DNA of 64,000 nt from Kudoa neothunni (lineage: Eukaryota > Animalia > Cnidaria). The position numbers were made by a program, and so were the translations under genes. Position 1 is the stretch's first letter; the number at the start of each line of letters is the position of its first letter. The stretch lies in assembly GCA_964304625.1 (NCBI GenBank), contig OZ199838.1, forward strand, positions 3,622,440 to 3,686,439, read 5' to 3'. Positions 1 to 12,814 of the stretch are shown here, one piece after another. Below the pieces are notes generated by a model. It did not search any database. It was not told the DNA's origin and was given only the letters and a program-made list of their open reading frames with translations.

Positions 1-203
1 ACAATAAGATAATACGGAATTATTTATTAATATATTTTGATAATAGACATTTTTATTTATTAATAGATTTAAATTTTTTTAAGATTAAATAATTCTAAAG
101 GAATTGAAAAATTTTTCGGTATGTTAATAAAGGCAAATATTCCGATGTAATTATTTATACCTATCTTAAGTAATGAAGTGCATGCCCACATCTACAACTT
201 GAA

Positions 204-739
204 CAGGGATTCTCAACCGGATGTAAATTTTAATTCACAGGAAATAAATTAAATAACATCAAAATTAGAGCCAATTTTTAACAACTATTTGTAAAGCTAC
301 TATCATTTTCTTTCTTTCACGCCTCGTTTATCTTTTATGGACGTGACCGAATAATAATAATTAATAAAAATAATGATAATAATACTTAAAATGGCTACTT
401 GCATAGTAAATAATACTCCGTCGCCATTAATGTTGACTATTTTTAATTATTTCTGAATCATAAGAGAGGAGATATGGGACAAATATTATTGAATCTGACC
501 ATGTTTAAAAAACTAAATCTGTAGACAGCTTGTGACTAAGACTTATTGGGGTTAAAAATTGTCATTTCACTGGCGTACATGCCTTTTGGATTAAAATTTA
601 CCATGCAAATAGCCTCTGCCTAAGCTAAAACATTATATAACCATACGATAAATATGAATTTAGCTTCCAAGTTAAGGGGAAATTTGGATTTTTCACCAAG
701 CCGAGGGGAGAAATTTGAAAATACGGTTGAGAACCCCTG
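204..739. mobile_element. Non-autonomous hAT (Buster-type) MITE, copy 1
   Basis: TIRs CAGGGATTCTCAACCG / CGGTTGAGAACCCCTG; degenerate 8-bp flanks aacttgaa / gactagag; an inverted second copy lies at 10868-11413. Confidence 0.8.
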
Positions 740-1076
740 GACTAGAGTATAGAGGTAACGAAATTTGTTGTAAACGATTAATTCGTATGATAAACATTAA
801 CTGTAAGGAGAGATTTAAAATATACGAAATTCTTATTTTTTGTAGAGTCTTAAACTTATTGAAATGAAGGCATTTATAATAAATACTATTTTTTTAAATG
901 GAAGTTTTGCGGAAATGAATGAGTTAAAGCTAACAACTAACACTAACATGTATAAATTAAAGTTGTTGGGGGAAAAATGAAAAACATAAAAATTCACTCA
1001 ATTTACAAATATAATACATAATACATTTAGGTAAGTTTGGTGTTTTTTGGGTTGATCTCAATTATGAGATAAATGA

Positions 1077-2950
1077 TCAATGGTAGGGAGGTTATTAACA
1101 TCACCGTTAGCATTGTAAAAACAATGTAGCTAAGTTGCGACACAGTGAAATCTATGTCAGAGCTTTTGTAGCAATATCGAAGATTTCTGCCTACATCAAA
1201 TAAAGTTATTAATGGGGTAAACTAAATAGAATGTTTCTAAAAAATGTATTATTGCTTACTGTGTAGCGTTGGTCCAGTGATATCGGATTGGAAATTTTTT
1301 CTTCCATTATCCCCACAGTTGGTTATGGCAAAGCCGATTCTGTCATTTTTTCGATCAAACACCACATAGAAACCCTCCAAGACGACAGCACCGATCACAG
1401 TAGCTTTTTCGCTTGCACTTATTGCAAATCGATAACAACTTTGTCCTCCGTCAATCAAATTGTCCGTAATTTCTCTTAGGTACATCTAAATAGTGTGGTT
1501 CATTTATTAGAGATTTACAAACAAGATTGTTACTTGTGGCGTGATATGGAGCTGGAAATCGTGAAAACTACCCATTGTTGATAGCAATGAAAGTTCTATT
1601 GTAGGAAGATAAAGATAGGCAAAACTGGCTTTCTCCCAGCACATGAACTGTCTTCCAAACCAAAAATCATCGGGAATATCTCCCAGCTTAAAAAATAGTT
1701 TTTTATTGGTGCATTGGTAATTTTACGATTTATCAGAAAATATATTTTACTTTTTGATATTTTTTTAGGTGTTCTACCAGCTCGTTGAAAGCTTGTTCTT
1801 CCAAGCGGAGATTGGTGGTGCCGGTATCAATTATTGTACGTTCCTTGTTGTACGCACTACAATCGAGAGGTAGCGTATAGTTGTCCACTTTGATTGACGT
1901 TAACACCACCTCGTAGTACCAACGCCGAATTATTGGTGTGTAAAGGATTTCACCTGTATACATTGATTCTTCAATTCCACCAAACACCTACACAAAAATC
2001 TCACTACAAAATGAATTATTAGAGCAATCGTTACAAGAGATCCCGAGAGTTGATTGTGATGTTCTTTGGAGCGATTTTTTAAATTGAAACATAATTGCAT
2101 TGAAAATATGTCATCCACGTAACCTTCGACGATGTATTGATCGAACGGGGACAGAATATTTGAGTAAGGCTAGGTAGAATTATTTCGAATTTTACCTCTC
2201 AGTTATATTACCTTAGCAAGACGCGGATAAGCCAACCCCAAAATACCTTCCCATAGAGCTGTTTGAAGAAAAAAATTTTCCGATTGTGCAATTAACGATA
2301 ATTTGGATCGAATAGGTGGTAGTTTAGGAGTGATGTCACTTATAGTGATGAATTCGATGATATCAGAAACTAAACTTCCCTGCCAATTGCCTTGTGTATA
2401 GGGAACTTCTACCGACACATTGTACAATTCCAATGTGGAAGAACTATCGATTTATTAATAGCGAAAAAAAAAATAAATATCGATATACTTGCTACTGTTA
2501 AAAAATGATGTCTCCTTAGATACACTGTATGCAGCAACTGCAAAATTACTGCTTCCTGTATCAATTAGTACCCTCAACTAATGTAAAATATTAACTCAAG
2601 CAGATGTGTGTCGAATTAACTTTTTGAGGAGGAGATCCAATTAGGACCGTTAGATAATATCCTTCTCCAGGTTTTCCTCCAAGGTTAATAATTTGTTTTC
2701 GACGCCTCTTCGTGTTAGGTGTTGCCATTGGGTGGTGAGCGTTCACATTGGTTTCAGCTGATTCCTCCGTAACAGTAGGGATAGATGATTTAATTGAGAC
2801 TGTATGTGTTGGCTTTGATATGGATGCAATTGTTGAAACATAATCCAAAGTTGGAAACAATATACATGCGATAATTATACATGGTTTCCATCTGAGAATA
2901 AAACCTACAATCTCACCGTTGAACATAACCAACATTCTACACACAGTCAT
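1077..2950 (-). CDS. BACE1: Beta-secretase (BACE/memapsin)-type A1 aspartic protease, multi-exon
   Basis: Spliced product contains NLGGKPGEGYY..GSPPQK|LRVLIDTGSSNFAV, VPYTQGNWQG, WEGILGLAY, YTPIIRRWYYEV, IIDTGTTNLRL and VIGAVVLEGFYVVFDRKNDRIGFA, colinear with BACE1/2. Introns include 2578-2620, 2444-2488 and 2170-2211. Start ATG and BACE1 vs BACE2 orthology uncertain. Confidence 0.92.
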
Positions 2951-3666
2951 TGTGAGCTAACAGGATAGAACAATCCTTTTGGAAATATTTTCCTCAAAAA
3001 TAACTATCTATTTATCAGATATTTTTCGTGAGAGAATTTTCATCTATGACAATAAATTCTTAAAATTCTTAATTATATACCACATAATTAGTTATTGTTG
3101 TTTTTTAATTTTAACCGTTTTTTCCTCAGAAACTAAAAAAACCATTTAAAACCAATTTCCAACCAGTCAATAGTTAAATATCTATAGAATTTTTTACCAC
3201 AACAACGAGTTTCTTTCATAAATATTTTCTCGTCAAGTCACCCTGACATTTTTTAATCTTCCCATGTTAATACCTAATGAGCTAATCACTTATTCACATA
3301 GTTCCTTAGATGTGCCCATTTTAAGAATAAAACTACTTTAGAAATTCTTGACTAATCATATTTTTTGAAAATAAATCTATCGAGTGATTTGTTTATGAAT
3401 GTGATTTTTAGAGGTTAAGTTTATTCACCGAAATCTATATAAAATCAACACTGCCATTTGATTAATAACTGCTTTCTTCCGGCTCTATCTGTTTAGAAAA
3501 TCACATTTTTACTACATAGCTTCTTTTTGACTCTCAAAGATATATTTGACATAATGAAAAGATCGATAATAACAAATCAATTGATGTTGTGAAATCAACC
3601 TTAATTTAACGTTTCATAATTCAAGTCTAAGTAAATATGACCCAAAATTAAGGATTCCCGTGGTTC

Positions 3667-3686
3667 TATATATATATATATATATA
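3667..3686. repeat. (TA)10 microsatellite
   Basis: Seen directly. Confidence 0.9.
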
Positions 3687-6339
3687 TTAACAAACAATTA
3701 TTGTTTTAATAATTTTCTATAATTTATTAGAAATTCTAAAATCGGATATATCTGTCTTTTTTTAATTTTTGTACGAGAATTTAAGCAAATTATCATACAC
3801 AATTGAAAGCGACTTCAATTATTTCTTAAAGTCATTCTATAAAAAGTCATATTTATGGTTTTTAATGAATTTATTAAAATTTAACATCATTATCTTCTAT
3901 CGTTATCTAAAAAATTATGATTTCTTAGCAATGAATGCAAGATTCTGTCCATCAATGGCGCTAATAGAATTAACGTATGTCTGCCTAAAAATCAAAGATA
4001 TAAACTAGCTTTTTGATGCCAAATTTTACGATCATTTTTAATATATTTAATGATTTAAAAAATTCCAAAATCTTAGTGTTATTAGAGGATTAATAATTGT
4101 TAGATAGGAGTTTAGCCTAAAGCTAACCCATTACAGACAAATGAAAATTAATTTTCTCACATAAATAATTGTTGGGGCCTATTAAGATATGTATTTTACA
4201 AAATTTAGGCTATTTTTAGAGCAATAATCCACAAACATTTTGATCTGGGGGCTAAAATCCAACCTTAGATAACTCACAAGGTCAAATATTAGTTATAGAT
4301 GGTCCTTAAAATTAAGGAAAATGACGAAATATAATACTAAAGTTTAATTACTTATTGTTCGTCATTGGCCACAAAATTTCTCCTTGGATAGTATTAAATC
4401 CAGACCTGGATTTTGCTCAGTCCTGTTTTAGAATATTGTATGTAATAGGTATTGCATATTCATACGATTTAAGAGTAACTAATATAAAAAATTGTTTTTT
4501 TTTCAATTACTAAAATTTTATTGAGTTAATTTTGCATTAAAAATTACCTACGAGAATGAACGTTTAATCTTTCTTTGTGTTTTATTTTCGTTATAAAATA
4601 CATTTTTATAGTAATATATTAACCAAATATGTGCATTATTAGTTGTTAAAACGCCATTTTCATTGTTAAATAAACTTAGACGTTTCGGCCATGATTTACG
4701 TGTCAAACGTCCGCGGCCGATAATTTAACTGTAACCTCGTCAAAATTGTCAAAACTACATTTCTAGCCATTCTATGTTATATATATACGGAAAGCTCTAG
4801 AAATGCTTCTCGAATGATTTAAATAATTGACGCATCTTATCCATAATAAGTTTAGTAGAAAAAGTTATGATCATGTAATTCCAAAATTTGTAGTGTCTAG
4901 GTGCATTTTTTATCTAAGCAGGATTTATTTTTTTAAAATTTTACATTGAAAGTTATCAATTAAAGTCATTCTTCAAAATGGATTCTTGTCTAAAGTCTAA
5001 CCTGACAAATCTTTGTGAAAATCATCAATTTATCATGGGGGAAATTTGTCTGTTTTCATAATGATAGCATTAATTTGGTCGAAAAGTGATGAAATCAGTA
5101 ACAGAGTTCACTATAACATTTTAAACAGACAAAAAATATTGTCCTATTTTTAAATTACCTCGTCATCTTCAGAAGGGTACAGCTACAGCCTATATGTCCT
5201 CCTCCTCCTCCTAAAAGAAACCATTACCCGACCAAATTTTCATAAATAATCAGGAAAATATAAGATTCTTGATCCAACCACAATAATTCACGTATCTACA
5301 AGGATATTAAGATTAATATTGATTTTGGAGAAATTACATTGGACGCAAATAACTATTAGAGAACGGTACAAAGTTAGTCCAAAGATAAGATTTCTGCTGA
5401 ATGAAAGTTAATTTAACGAGCCAAAAATTATTGAATAATGTTTTTATATTAGATAATATATTTAATTAAATAATAATTTAAATTATTTGCATTATACAAT
5501 GAATAAAAATCTAGATAAGCCTTAGAATCTGAAATTCCCAAATCAAAGGCATCCTAAATTACTTTAGAGTTTTAGTAAAATTTTACTTAGCTGGATATTT
5601 TGACTAAATTGAATTTACGAATAGAAAAATTGAATATATAGACAATAGATTTTCTAGAAGTAATTCTCTGTGGAAAAAATATCCACTACCTATTATATTA
5701 ATAATTAGTAGTTTTGGTTTAATTTGTGGGAAAATATGTGAATAAATTGTCATCATATTTCGCTGGAGTAAAGACTATTTAAATATCTAAAAACGTATTG
5801 ATGGAACTCCCAAAATATTATCTAATTGGGCAGAATCTATAACAAATTCTTCTCGTATGTTAACAGCCCGCAACGTTTTAAAAAAAAACAAAAGTTTTAA
5901 TAACATATTATACCATACCCAGAAACCAATAAAAACGTACTATAGCGATGGTTTACGTACAAATTAGTCTAGTGTGTAGAATAATAATTGAATGTATTTC
6001 CCAGGAATAACATTTAATATTATTTCCCCTATTAGACATGTCATAACTTGATGCATCTAAGCTGTTTATGAAAAATGAATGGTAGACAAACAAGGAGTAA
6101 ATAAACTAAATTATTGCTCTTCAGTATGTCAAAATTTGTTCAATTAATATAAAAATAAAATTTATAGCCACAATTACAAATATTACGAGGATATTATCAT
6201 AAAGAGATCCGATTATTATTAAATGGATTGTTAAAGATATTTTTTGAGCGTTTTAATATTAACTTAAATGCTTTACGCAATGTAAAAAAATTGTAAAACA
6301 CCAAAAGGTTAAAATCAAACGTCAGAAAAAAATTCTGCT

Positions 6340-7155
6340 TTATTTTAGAGGAGATAAAAGTCTCTGCTTGAACTTGTTCAACGATTGGCGTCGCTTTACA
6401 GCTAATTCGAGACGTTCCTTTTTCTTGATTTCGGCTTCTCGTTCACTCTTTTCCAAATATTCTGCGTAGGTCACTCTAATTGCGTTGTCTGCTTGCCTAT
6501 TGGTACGGTAACCGAAATAGGCAATTTTAACATCCACCCAATCTCTCCAACCTTTCATAAGAAGATCTCCCCTCTACATTAAACGACCAAAATATAAACA
6601 TATTGAAAGAAACAAGATAGAATGTATTATACATATTGTCTGGATCCAGGAACACGAACCAAATTCAGATACTAAACAACGTTGTGTCAAGTAAAATTCC
6701 AACGCTCAATAATCGTTTACTCTAGCTTCATTGGGACTAAGCTTTTTTCCAATTGAATCAATCGTAGAAAGAATTTCTTTAACTTTGGTTTCCGTACGAT
6801 TCATATCAGGTTTGAAGTCTGGCTGGGGAACAACAGTCTTCTCATACTATTGCCAATAATTGTTTCACAATTCAATCGACCAATTAGTAAGTTACGGCAT
6901 TTTTTAATTCTCTAAAAAACTGTTTGTTATCGATTTTCGATTCAAAACTATCAAAATCGATCTTTTTGTCAGTTTCAGGTAGAGTGTTCATTCTAAATAA
7001 AAAAAATCATCTACATAACACTTTCATTTCAATTACTTCTCTTGTAAAGCAAAGTGACTTCTCCATATTTTGGAAAGTTCCCCCTTGTGTGCTTCGGGAC
7101 ATCGAGAGAATGCCAAATCAAAATTTAAAAGGTTCAAAACCTTCCGGGATGCCAT
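6340..7155 (-). CDS. ATP5PD: Mitochondrial ATP synthase subunit d, 5 exons, ~204 aa
   Basis: MASRKVLNLLNFDLAF...LPETDKKIDFDSFE...LKNAYEKTVVPQPD resembles human MAGRKLALKTIDWVAF...LPENPPAIDWAYYK...FEKKFNALKVPVPED. GT-AG introns 6993-7036, 6847-6895, 6672-6720 and 6574-6632 give one open frame. Confidence 0.78.
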
Positions 7156-9135
7156 CCTTTTAAATGTCGTCAGTTGTCGACTTTCATCGTGGATACAAGT
7201 AAGTTAATGCGTTTTGTGAAATACCCTTAAATTAAAATTAAGTCACCACTTTTTAAATGATATATTAAAAAAATTCATTTTTATTATGGTCACATTTTTT
7301 AATAAATCTTAAATATAAAATACATGGCAATATTATATTATTTAATGTATAAGAGTGGAGCTTCCGAAATCTAAAGCGCAACATTTTAGGTATTTGTTAT
7401 CCTCGATTTTTTCACGATTACTCCCTTTATAAAAAACCAATATTAAGAGTAAACATTTAACTTATCTAAATTGTTTGTACATTTGGACTAAATCTCAATT
7501 CGAGTGGAGTCGGGTCCGTGTGTAAACATCATTATGATTAAAAAACGTTAAATTTTCCAATAATTTCCATAAATTTCAAGATGTTAATAATATTCAATAA
7601 CGGTCAAAAAATTGTTCGTTACATTATTAATATATTTAATTAACTAATCCTTTTTTGGCACGTGAAATTCAAATATGGATTTCGTAAACTTCAAATGCCT
7701 TGACGACTTTTATTTGCTCCTAGCTGATTAAGAGAAATTGTGTAATACTTTGGTCGTTTAAGATCATTAAAAAAAGGCTCCTATTAGATGTAATAATTCT
7801 GGAAATTTTAATACTTTTTTCTAAGTAAAAGAAAATTAAATATTTCCCGGTTAATAACTGGGAATTCCTCATTTGAAAGAAATGATGTGGAATATTGTTT
7901 TATATATTTACACGAATAGTATATATGAATCCAAATTTATCATTTGTAGTTCTTTTAAGTGTGGTAGTAACTTTTCCCTATAAAATGGATCGTTTTTTTC
8001 ATTATCATATATTAGACGGTCGAACTGACTGCACAAAACTTAATTTTAAAATTTTTGTATTTAATTTCATCCATTGGTCGATGGATGAAACCATATTAAT
8101 ATTAACACGAAGGCTAGCCCAAATAAAAAATTGTTTCAACATATTTTAAAAATATAAAAAATCTCAGCTGAAACTTTGAAGAAAGAAATAAACTCGTTGG
8201 AGATTATGACATAATAGAGATTGATGAATGTCTTCTCCACAAAAGTTGAAAAATGATTGAAACAAATATCTTAAAGGAGACCTGTAAAAACCATAATATG
8301 ATAAAGAATTTGGTCCAATAACCACATGTGAAGAATAATTGATTATGCTTTAACAGTAATTATTTCCTATAATTTTATAGACTCCGAAAACGAAAGTGAG
8401 AGTGAATATTTTAAGCCGAAAGTTAAATTTTCGGATGATTTATTCGAAAGTTATTATATGGCGTGCCAATTTTTGAATAAAGAATTTCAAACTTGCATTC
8501 ATACAGGAACGCTTTGGCAAACGAGTGGAAGTAAGCTATTTCTACATGGATAAATGCCAATACTCTAATTCCTATAATTCAAAATGAGGATTGAAGCGAT
8601 ACAAAATAGTTAGCGAAAAATAACGCTCGTATAATAATATGAACTTATTTGGTTAGGACTATATTATGGTCAACCATTCCAAAGAATGCGTCCATAATGA
8701 TGCGAACACCTATACAACAGAGCACCGTTTCCCTTTTGTTTTTCCACGCACTCTATGTTAATATTTATAAAAATATTAATGATAAATTTGTGTTTTCTTT
8801 TTTTACTTTAAGTTTATATTCCAAATAATGCATTTTAATTTCGTAATTTTTAAAGAAATATTAAAATAATTTTCGTGCGTATAGTCGATTAATCGCCACT
8901 AGTTTATGAATAAAACAAAAAAAGTAATCATACATTTTAAAAAGATAGCCAAAAATCATCGCACTTTGATTTTATATAACATTTTAACAAAAACTTTATT
9001 TATTTTATAAAACGATTAATGAAATATTACGGATAGTCAGATATCTTGCAGATATATATTTATATAAGTTTGATATCTAATTCAGTAACTTTAATAAGCA
9101 TATAAGAGACCAAGACTCAAAAAATGATAACACAT

Positions 9136-10859
9136 TTAAAAACTATTGAGTTTAATTTTAATTTGTCGGCTTTCCCTCTCTTGGCGTTCTTTCACTAATA
9201 ATTCAAACCAAGGTTTCTCATTTGTCAATGCGATGCGTAAATCATTTTCTGGATTCAGTAAATTTCTATATTTATTTTTTAAATATAATAAAAATGATAA
9301 TCCTGACTCGCACAACCAGGTTGTCATGAATGGGATAAGAATTTTCAATGCTCTTTTTGCAAGAGGCGAGTAACTGCATTGGGCATTGCAACAACGGTTC
9401 TCAAGTGAATTCCCATTGTACCTCAGCTCCATTATGTAATTTTCTTGCAAATCTATTAGTTACTCAGTATCATTATCATCATTTTTCGTATTATTAACAT
9501 TAAATGAAAATGGATCAACAATCCAAACATCAGAATCTTGTAACTGGCTGGGAGAATAATGCCCATCAAAGGATGGTCTCAATTTATTTATATGATACAT
9601 GGAATTATTCATGATATCTTGCCTACAATGGAAATGTTGTTCATCTTGGAGAACTTTGTTCAGTAAAGGGAAATTAGCAAGATTTCCACGTTTTAATTTT
9701 GAATACGATAAGATTAGTTTTTTCCAGAATGTTCGTAATTTCTCAGAAGCTATCACCATGTTAACTCCCTTCCCTTCCCTTGAATTGAACAATTTAAATC
9801 GTTCAGATGTTGAAATATATCTGCCAAATATGCCAGTATTACTGAAAAATTAGGGTTCTCCATAGTGTTAGCAAGGTTGGATTTTTGCATTCTTAAGAAT
9901 TCTTCTACATCCGTCGATTAATCCAGTTGAATTGATATCTTCAGAGGAGATTCTTTGATATCAAAAATAAATTGGCCAAGAATATCATTACCAATGGCAT
10001 CTATTCTGTTTCTTATAAGTTAAAAGTTATAACTTATAACATTGTTGGACATGGGGATCCTTTGAAATTTTTTCGCGGCCTTCTCACCCAATATAATTTT
10101 TGCAGATTCAACGTTGCAAGTTTTAATCGGACCTCCGCGATTGTATGGGCTTTTTTCTTTTTTGCGATTTCATCGGAAGCCAAAAGTAAAGGTTTCTCCC
10201 CATTAACAAATCCATAACTCGTAAGTGTTCCTTTCATGCTGTATCTAGTTCTTTCGGCCTTCAACGAATCGAAATCGTTTCCAGTTTTTGAACTACCACC
10301 ATGAATAGCTTGAAAATATTCACCGAGCCCGAGCCTGAGCTTTGATGGTTTTGATGTAACATTGACCAATGTTGAGTTGCAAAGAATACAACGAGGGCGG
10401 TCAATTCCATCAATGATAACTCTTATGAAGCCATACCGAGTATAATCTTCATTCCATTTTCTAACTTTTTGAGAAGCAACCATGATGATGCGTGGGTGAT
10501 GTTAGTTTGCACATTAAATACACAGCATTAAGTTGAGCTCTGTTAACGTCTGCAAACTCCAAAATACAAGTTCACAGTATTTTGTTAATAACTTATTTAC
10601 CAAAAAGTTATTAATTATGGAATTATAACTTTATATGATTTTAAAAGATAAACTGATTTTAATGGAAAGTGCACTATATGAGAAGCCTGTTATTAATAGA
10701 TTATTTGATCAACAAAATATCCCCTTATATGATATTTAATTGGATACGATGGCTTCAAATTGAATTTCTGATATCAGATTTTTTCATTCAGTCATATAGT
10801 CAAACGTGAATTTTTAATTCACCATAGGGTGCTCCCACACCACATGATAGGAAACCCTG
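9136..10859 (-). mobile_element. Decayed hAT Buster/Charlie-type (ZBED5/FAM200-like) transposon with fragmented transposase
   Basis: N-terminal RKWNEDYTRYGF..RPRCILC..KPSKL, HTIAE and C-terminal LAKRALKILIPFMTTWLCESGLS..KNKYRNLL..ENDLRIAL (hATC); frameshifts; Buster-like end CAGGGTTTCCTATCATGTGG on the minus strand at 10859; other end not located. Confidence 0.9.
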
Positions 10860-10867
10860 CAATAGAA

Positions 10868-11413
10868 CAAGGATTCTCAATCGTTTTTTCAAATTTACCC
10901 CCATATCTCAACAACCAAATTCATATTTACATGAAGGTTGTATATTGATTAAGCTACGGGAGACGCTATTTACAAGATAAAATTTAACCCCCAAATTCAT
11001 TTACGCTTGTGTAATAACAATTTTTAATCCCACCAACTCTAACTCACACGAGCTGTCTACAAATATAATTTTTTAGGTTTTTCTACACTAAACTATTTTT
11101 GGCCCTTCCTTTTCTCTTAGGGTCAGAAATAATTAAAAATAGTGCTAACTAGTGACACTTAAATATTATTCGGCTACTTCATTAAAAAATAAACGAGCCA
11201 TAAAAAAGAGACTATTTTTAGTTTTATAAATATTTTCGAAATACTTATTCCCCAGTACATTTGAATAAAATCTGCAAACCCCTTAATTTCTGTTAGCAGC
11301 CCTCAATAATATAACTCTTTAGAAATGTTTAGTTACGTCACCAACCTCATTCTACAAAAATAGTCCTATCCAATTTTGAAGTCACTTAATTTACCACTGG
11401 TCGAAAATCCCAG
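10868..11413. mobile_element. Buster-type MITE, copy 2 (inverted relative to 204-739)
   Basis: Starts CAAGGATTCTCAATCG, ends GGTCGAAAATCCCAG; 8-bp TSD caatagaa / caatagca; internal agctgtctaca is the reverse complement of tgtagacagct in copy 1. Confidence 0.8.
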
Positions 11414-12814
11414 CAATAGCAATAGAAGAATGTTGGGGACGGTTAAAACTCAAAATATTTAAAATAAAATAATGTAGATTTTCAAAAATTTAGTATATCG
11501 CAATTTTTAATAACCATAAAAATCATAATTAACACCAGTTTTTAACTACTGTTAATTATTTCCAAACTCTATGAGCCAAAATATTAACTCAATAATTAAC
11601 TAAATAATTAACTTTAATTAAATATAACAAGATATCTCAAATTATTTGCAAATATTACCTACAAATAAGAGTTGTTATAATATGGATGATATGGATGAGG
11701 TTGCACACGCATATACACAATTTAGAACCAAATTTCCCCGTAACAATAATGAGAATCTGAAATTAATCAAAAAATATTAAAAATAGTATTAAATAAAAAA
11801 ATAGATATAATTTGGAATAAAATCATTAGAAACAGTCATCGAAAAATAAATATTCGCGCATGCATCACGCGCACGCAAATAATTTCACCACTACTCAACC
11901 GCAAAGGCGTATCATCTGTTTAGATTTTATAATGGATCCGAGTTGATTAAAATAATTCACACCGCCCACAAGTTCATCACATCAAAAAAACGATATTTTC
12001 AGGTTACAATATCTAGAGTCAACGACGGTGCAATTCATTGTTATATTGTTTACAGTTGGACAACTAACAATAGAACCTCAGATTATGGGTTTAATCCAAA
12101 ATCGTGAATAATATATAATGCGAATCGTTAAAATGGATGGAAATAAATTGAACACGACAAAAAAATTTGATCAAATGCTGACTAACATGATAAGCTCACG
12201 AGAAGATATCTATGAATGGGCGGGCGGTATGATGTTTTCAGTGAAACGAAAGTGGCTATCCGCTTCAACAAACACCATACACCTAATCGACTTAAGTGAT
12301 TATAATGACGAGTACAAAAATAAAATCAGATTATGTTAGAGTCGGAGTAGGTCGCAATAATTGGTGTGATAAATTGTATACACGTTCGCCCATAATATTG
12401 GCAGGAAAATATTCCGACATGCGCAAAAAATGTATTAACCTTAAAATCAAGTTCAACCTCTCATCAAATTGAAACTAATCCACCATAACAAACATAAAAA
12501 TTGTTTGAATATCGATTTATTGTGGCTATAAATGTGTAACCAACTAAAATGAATAAATAAGCGAAGGAGGTATTAACGATGATGGGATCATTGTCGGCGT
12601 GGCGAAGCTTTATCATCGTTAATCCCTATTGGCGGTTGCATCTACGTGTGTGTCGGGTAGTGAACAGCGAGGTTTTACCGTTGAGGGTGTATTCAATAGG
12701 TAGGAAAGTTTCTACGAGACCGCTGGCACTAAAGCGTTGAATTGATTTTAGTGTAATTTTCTTGTGTATTGAAAACCGCCACAGCAACAACAATCTCAAC
12801 TACAATTAACTAAG

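Noticed and set aside
1288-1479. Short antisense or alternate-frame ORFs over real genes or TEs (also 6924, 9146, 9599, 13077, 20322, 21138, 31343, 62259)
   Set aside because: Shadows of identified exons or transposases; no independent motifs
5840-5972. Possible Helitron helicase C terminus and CTAGT end
   Set aside because: Resemblance is faint; no helicase motif or 5' end found
8870-8903. Possible Helitron 3' end (cgtgcgtatagtcg..CTAGT)
   Set aside because: Hairpin is poor and no matching 5' end is identifiable
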